A DNA stretch of 64,000 bases from Octopus sinensis (lineage: Eukaryota): the NCBI RefSeq assembly GCF_006345805.1, contig NC_043003.1, forward strand, positions 77,934,001-77,998,000, written 5' to 3'. The position numbers and the translations under genes are program-made. A model generated the notes under the pieces. The model was not told the DNA's origin and made no database searches. It was given only the letters and a program-made list of their open reading frames with translations. This document shows, in pieces, positions 60,448 through 64,000 of the stretch; the stretch's first letter is position 1, and every line of letters begins with the position of its first letter.

Positions 60448-60940
60448 TTAACCTTTTAGCATATAAACTGGTCATATCAGACCGAAATATTCTACATGTT
60501 TTATATTCAAGCTGGCAAGATCCAGCCTCTCACACCTACCCTACAATGTCATTCTAAACATAAACAGTCTTGGCATCGAAATATTAAGGCTATAATGCAT
60601 GATTAATTCAAAATGATGTGAATAAACAAGCACTATGTTTGACAGTAGTGGAGGTGTGTGGCTTAGTGGTTAGGGTGTCAGCATCATGATCGTAAGATTG
60701 TGGTTTCGATTCCTGGCCCAGGCGACGTGTTGTGTTCTTGAGCAAAACACTTCATTTCACTTTGCTCCAGTCCACTCAGCTGGCAAAAATGAGTAACACC
60801 GCGATGGTCTGGCGTCCCATCCAGCTGGGGAACACATACGCCATAGAAACCGGGAAACCGGGCCCATGAGCCTGGCTAGGCTTTAAAAGGGGGCATTTAT
60901 TTATTTATGTTTGACAGTAATCTGAATGCTAAAGAGTTAA
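60448..60940 (+). mobile_element. piggyBac-type MITE interrupted by a tRNA-derived SINE
   Basis: ttaaccttttagc ... gctaaagagttaa; same family as 1105-1546. Confidence 0.75.
60648..60905 (+). mobile_element. tRNA-derived SINE family E with a 14-bp TSD
   Basis: A box tggcttagtggttagg, B box ggtttcgattcc; tatgtttgacagta at 60634-60647 and 60906-60919. Confidence 0.9.
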
Positions 60941-61928
60941 CTTATATCTTAAGTTTTCAAACATTCTTCCAGCATTCAGAGCCTATGTCTTTGTGCCATG
61001 TAACATCATACTTATTGCATTGGCATCCCAAAATCTCTCTTCAGCTGAAGAGAACAGCCATCTATATATACTTTGTCTTCATAAAACTAGAACTATGACA
61101 ACCTGGCTACAACTTCAGATGCTTTTACATTCGATGTGTTGTGTCTAATATACCAAGTGCTACTTGCTTTAGTTTGCTTAACGAAACATGAAAAAAAACC
61201 TAAAATTCCATTCTTTCTATACAGTTGAGTGGTTTAATAGTAAAATGGTCAGCCAGCTGTGAAAAACATTTAATCAAATAAATTATTCCAGTTATTCAAG
61301 CATAGAAAAATAGATGTGAAACAGAAATATATTCAGGGTATCCAAAAATAATATAACATACTTTAATAGTGTGTGTGTGTGTGTGCATGTGCATGCATGT
61401 GTGTGCGTGTGTGTGTGTGTGCATGTGCATGAAGGCATGTGACCTAGTGGTGAGAGTTCAAATCCTGGACTAGGTAGTGCATTGTGTCCTTGAGCAAGAA
61501 CTTCATTTCACATTGCTCCAGTCCACTCACCCGTAAGTGAATACCACCCTCCTGCTTGTATAGTTTTCTCTCCCTTCAACTGTCACAGTTATTCTGTTCT
61601 GCTAGGTCCAGGATAGAAGGACTGAAGGATGAGGGATGGGATAGGTTGTAACTACATATAGGTATCTAAAACAATCAATGGAAGCATGGTACAAGCTATC
61701 TGGTCATCATACTTACTTGCAGGTGATGACTAAGTTTCTCTTTTTCTACACATACTTACACATACACACATACTCTCATACACACAAACATATGCACACA
61801 CACACACACACACACAAAGATTTTTTTTATGCAGCTACCCCCTTGCCCTCCAGGCTGCATCAAGCAATCCTCATTTCTCTACCCAATGTACACTAACTTC
61901 CCCCCCCCCGTTATATTTCCAGTCAACA

Positions 61929-61968
<40 letters not shown>

Positions 61969-63447
61969 CTATTTCTTTCCCCAGACACCTGAACAACCGT
62001 ACATACTCTAGGTTATTGAGTACACTTTGCACATCTGTACATACACTCTTATCCCCTCCTCATAACTGTCCATGACAGGTTTTTCTGCTGTCATTCCCCC
62101 CCCATTCCCCTCATTCTCAGTTTATAAGCTTAAGGTCACTAAGTACTTTCTACATATATTGTGTACAAAGCACTCCTCTACCTGTGCTGGTTCCATGATG
62201 TTCTGTTTCCTGCTACACCTCACCCCTGCCTACAGGTGAGCAAGATTACATCTCTAATGCTGACACCATTAAAAGAAAAAAATAATCAACAAGGCTACCA
62301 ATGTGGTTGTGTGGTAAGTTTGCTTCCCAACCACATGGTTCCAGGTTCAGTCCCACTGCATGGCACCTAGGGCAAGTATTTTCTATTATAACTTCAAGCC
62401 AACCAAAGCCTTGGGAATGGATTTGGTAAATAGAAACTGAAAGAAGCCCATTGTGTATATGTGAACCACAGCGTTCGGTTTGTTAACTGGAAAGATGGTA
62501 CCCACAGTCAACAAGTAGAGAGTAGGTGGGCCTCTATGAAGCAAGGTAATAAACAATGCTGTGACACTCACCATTCTATAGCAAATTCATATCTCTGAAT
62601 TTGTGGCACAGGAGATACGAAAATTGTGATTTGTTTGAGAATTTGATTAAATGTATTTCTAACTTCAGTTTTTAATTTTAAAAATATCTTGTAATGTGTT
62701 GCCTATCGCATGCTTAAATGTTTGTTTTTTAAACATATTTTGTTCACTCTTTTATTGTTATACATAACATATAAACATGTACATCTTATAGAACATTGTT
62801 ATTTTATAAGATTTTGCTGGTAAATTTTTAAATTAGCATAAACATTCATTTACATGAAAGGAAATTACCAGAGAACTTTCATCTAATTCTTCCAAATCTT
62901 TCTGCTAAAACTGTATTGAAACCATTTGTGGGGGAAAATTGTAATGTGTTTATTGCATGTAACATGTTGTTCATCGCATTTGCATTAAATACATATTAAA
63001 AGCTTAAAACTACTTGTTTCTTTTAGTCATTGAGGTGGTTGTGAGGTGTGTTAAAAATAACAGACAAATAACGTTTTTTTGATAAATCTTTTAAGTTCAT
63101 GCTATCACATTATATACTTATTGAATGTTTCAAACTGCAAAATACATGTTGTTTGACAAATATTGTCAACGCGTGGTATTTTCAAGCTGTTGACGACAAA
63201 ATGTGCAGCCACGCACAAAATGACAGCTTCCAAATCCTGTTTCTTGACTGGGTGAAAATGATCAAAATTTAAACCTCTATAACATTTTAAAAGTAATTTT
63301 CTGGAAAAAGTGAAACAACTCCAGCAATTCAGAAGAAAGGCACCCAACTATAGAAATCACACCAAATGTCATGTACAAGCACTAGTCAATTGGAGAAGCA
63401 GTTCCCAATAGGAGATGACCTAGAACATTATGACCTATCCAACCCAT

Positions 63448-63710
63448 TAAAAATAAAAATAAATGCACCCTTTTAAAGCCTAGCCAGGCTCATGGGCCCA
63501 GTTTCCCGGTTTCCATGGCGTATGTGTTCCCAAGATGGATGGGACACCAGTCCATTGCAGCGTTACTCATTTTTGCCAGCTGAGTGGACTGGAGCAACAT
63601 GAAATGAAGTGTTTTGCTCAAAAACACAATGCATCGCCTGGTCCATGAATCGAAACCACAATCTTACGATCATGATGCTGACACCCTAACCACTAAGCCA
63701 TGCACCTCCA
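63448..63710 (-). mobile_element. SINE family E with a 13-bp TSD
   Basis: ctatccaacccat at 63435-63447 and 63711-63723. Confidence 0.9.
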
Positions 63711-63859
63711 CTATCCAACCCATGCCTGCATGGAAAACAGATGTAGAATGATTAGGATGATGAGGATATATATGAGGCTGGGCTGAAAAATTCATAGGTT
63801 AGCTATGAAGGAGTGATGCTACAGCTGTGAAATCTTGCATGCATTAATTTCAACTCTTC

Positions 63860-64000
63860 TTATTACCTCCGCCTTAGCAAAGGTGGAGGTATTGTTTTCA
63901 GTTGTGTTTGTTTGTCTGTTTGTCCATGGACAAGATATCTCAAGAACCGCTGGATGGATTCGGATGAGACTTTCTGGGATTTTGGCCTCATGACTGGCAT
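63860..64000 (+). mobile_element. Helentron-associated (HINE/DINE-1-like) element start, cut off by the window end
   Basis: ttattacctccgcc start, 12-bp hairpin at 63864-63891, then a gtttgtttgtctgt microsatellite and ggatggattcggatga core. Confidence 0.55.

Noticed and set aside
60648-60730. tRNA gene
   Set aside because: A and B boxes are present but continue into a SINE body with a TSD; the same applies to the SINE A and B heads.

Overview
AT-rich, repeat-dense eukaryotic DNA. The repeat families and style suggest an octopus or other coleoid genome; this is an inference, not checked. The only intact genes are three minus-strand Cys-type glutathione S-transferases with intronless CDSs: 4207-4872, 18864-19529 and 44320-44982. 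There is also a 157-bp GST fragment at 40545-40701 that appears to have been copied into place between direct repeats. GST1 and GST2 lie in a roughly 15-kb-period tandem duplication, and each has a candidate non-coding first exon 5-6 kb upstream. GST1 and GST2 carry the monothiol CPFA motif; GST3 carries a glutaredoxin/DHAR-like dithiol CPFC motif. The paralogues show patchy sequence homogenisation. The rest is decayed mobile DNA: several SINE families; RTE, CR1, Tx1, R4/Dong and CRE-like LINE fragments; hAT, Chapaev3-like and Tc1/mariner transposons; piggyBac-type and foldback MITEs; Helitrons (a head-to-tail pair, one with a Pif1 fragment, one next to a 308-bp dimeric satellite); solo LTRs; and Penelope-like fragments. 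The most notable signals are hammerhead-ribozyme-like motifs in three Penelope-like families, a repeated compact pseudoknot unit in the RTE 3' UTR, SINE-LINE shared 3' tails visible inside the window, and the diversifying GST array. No rRNA, true tRNA gene or CRISPR array was found. All alignments and counts were done by eye.
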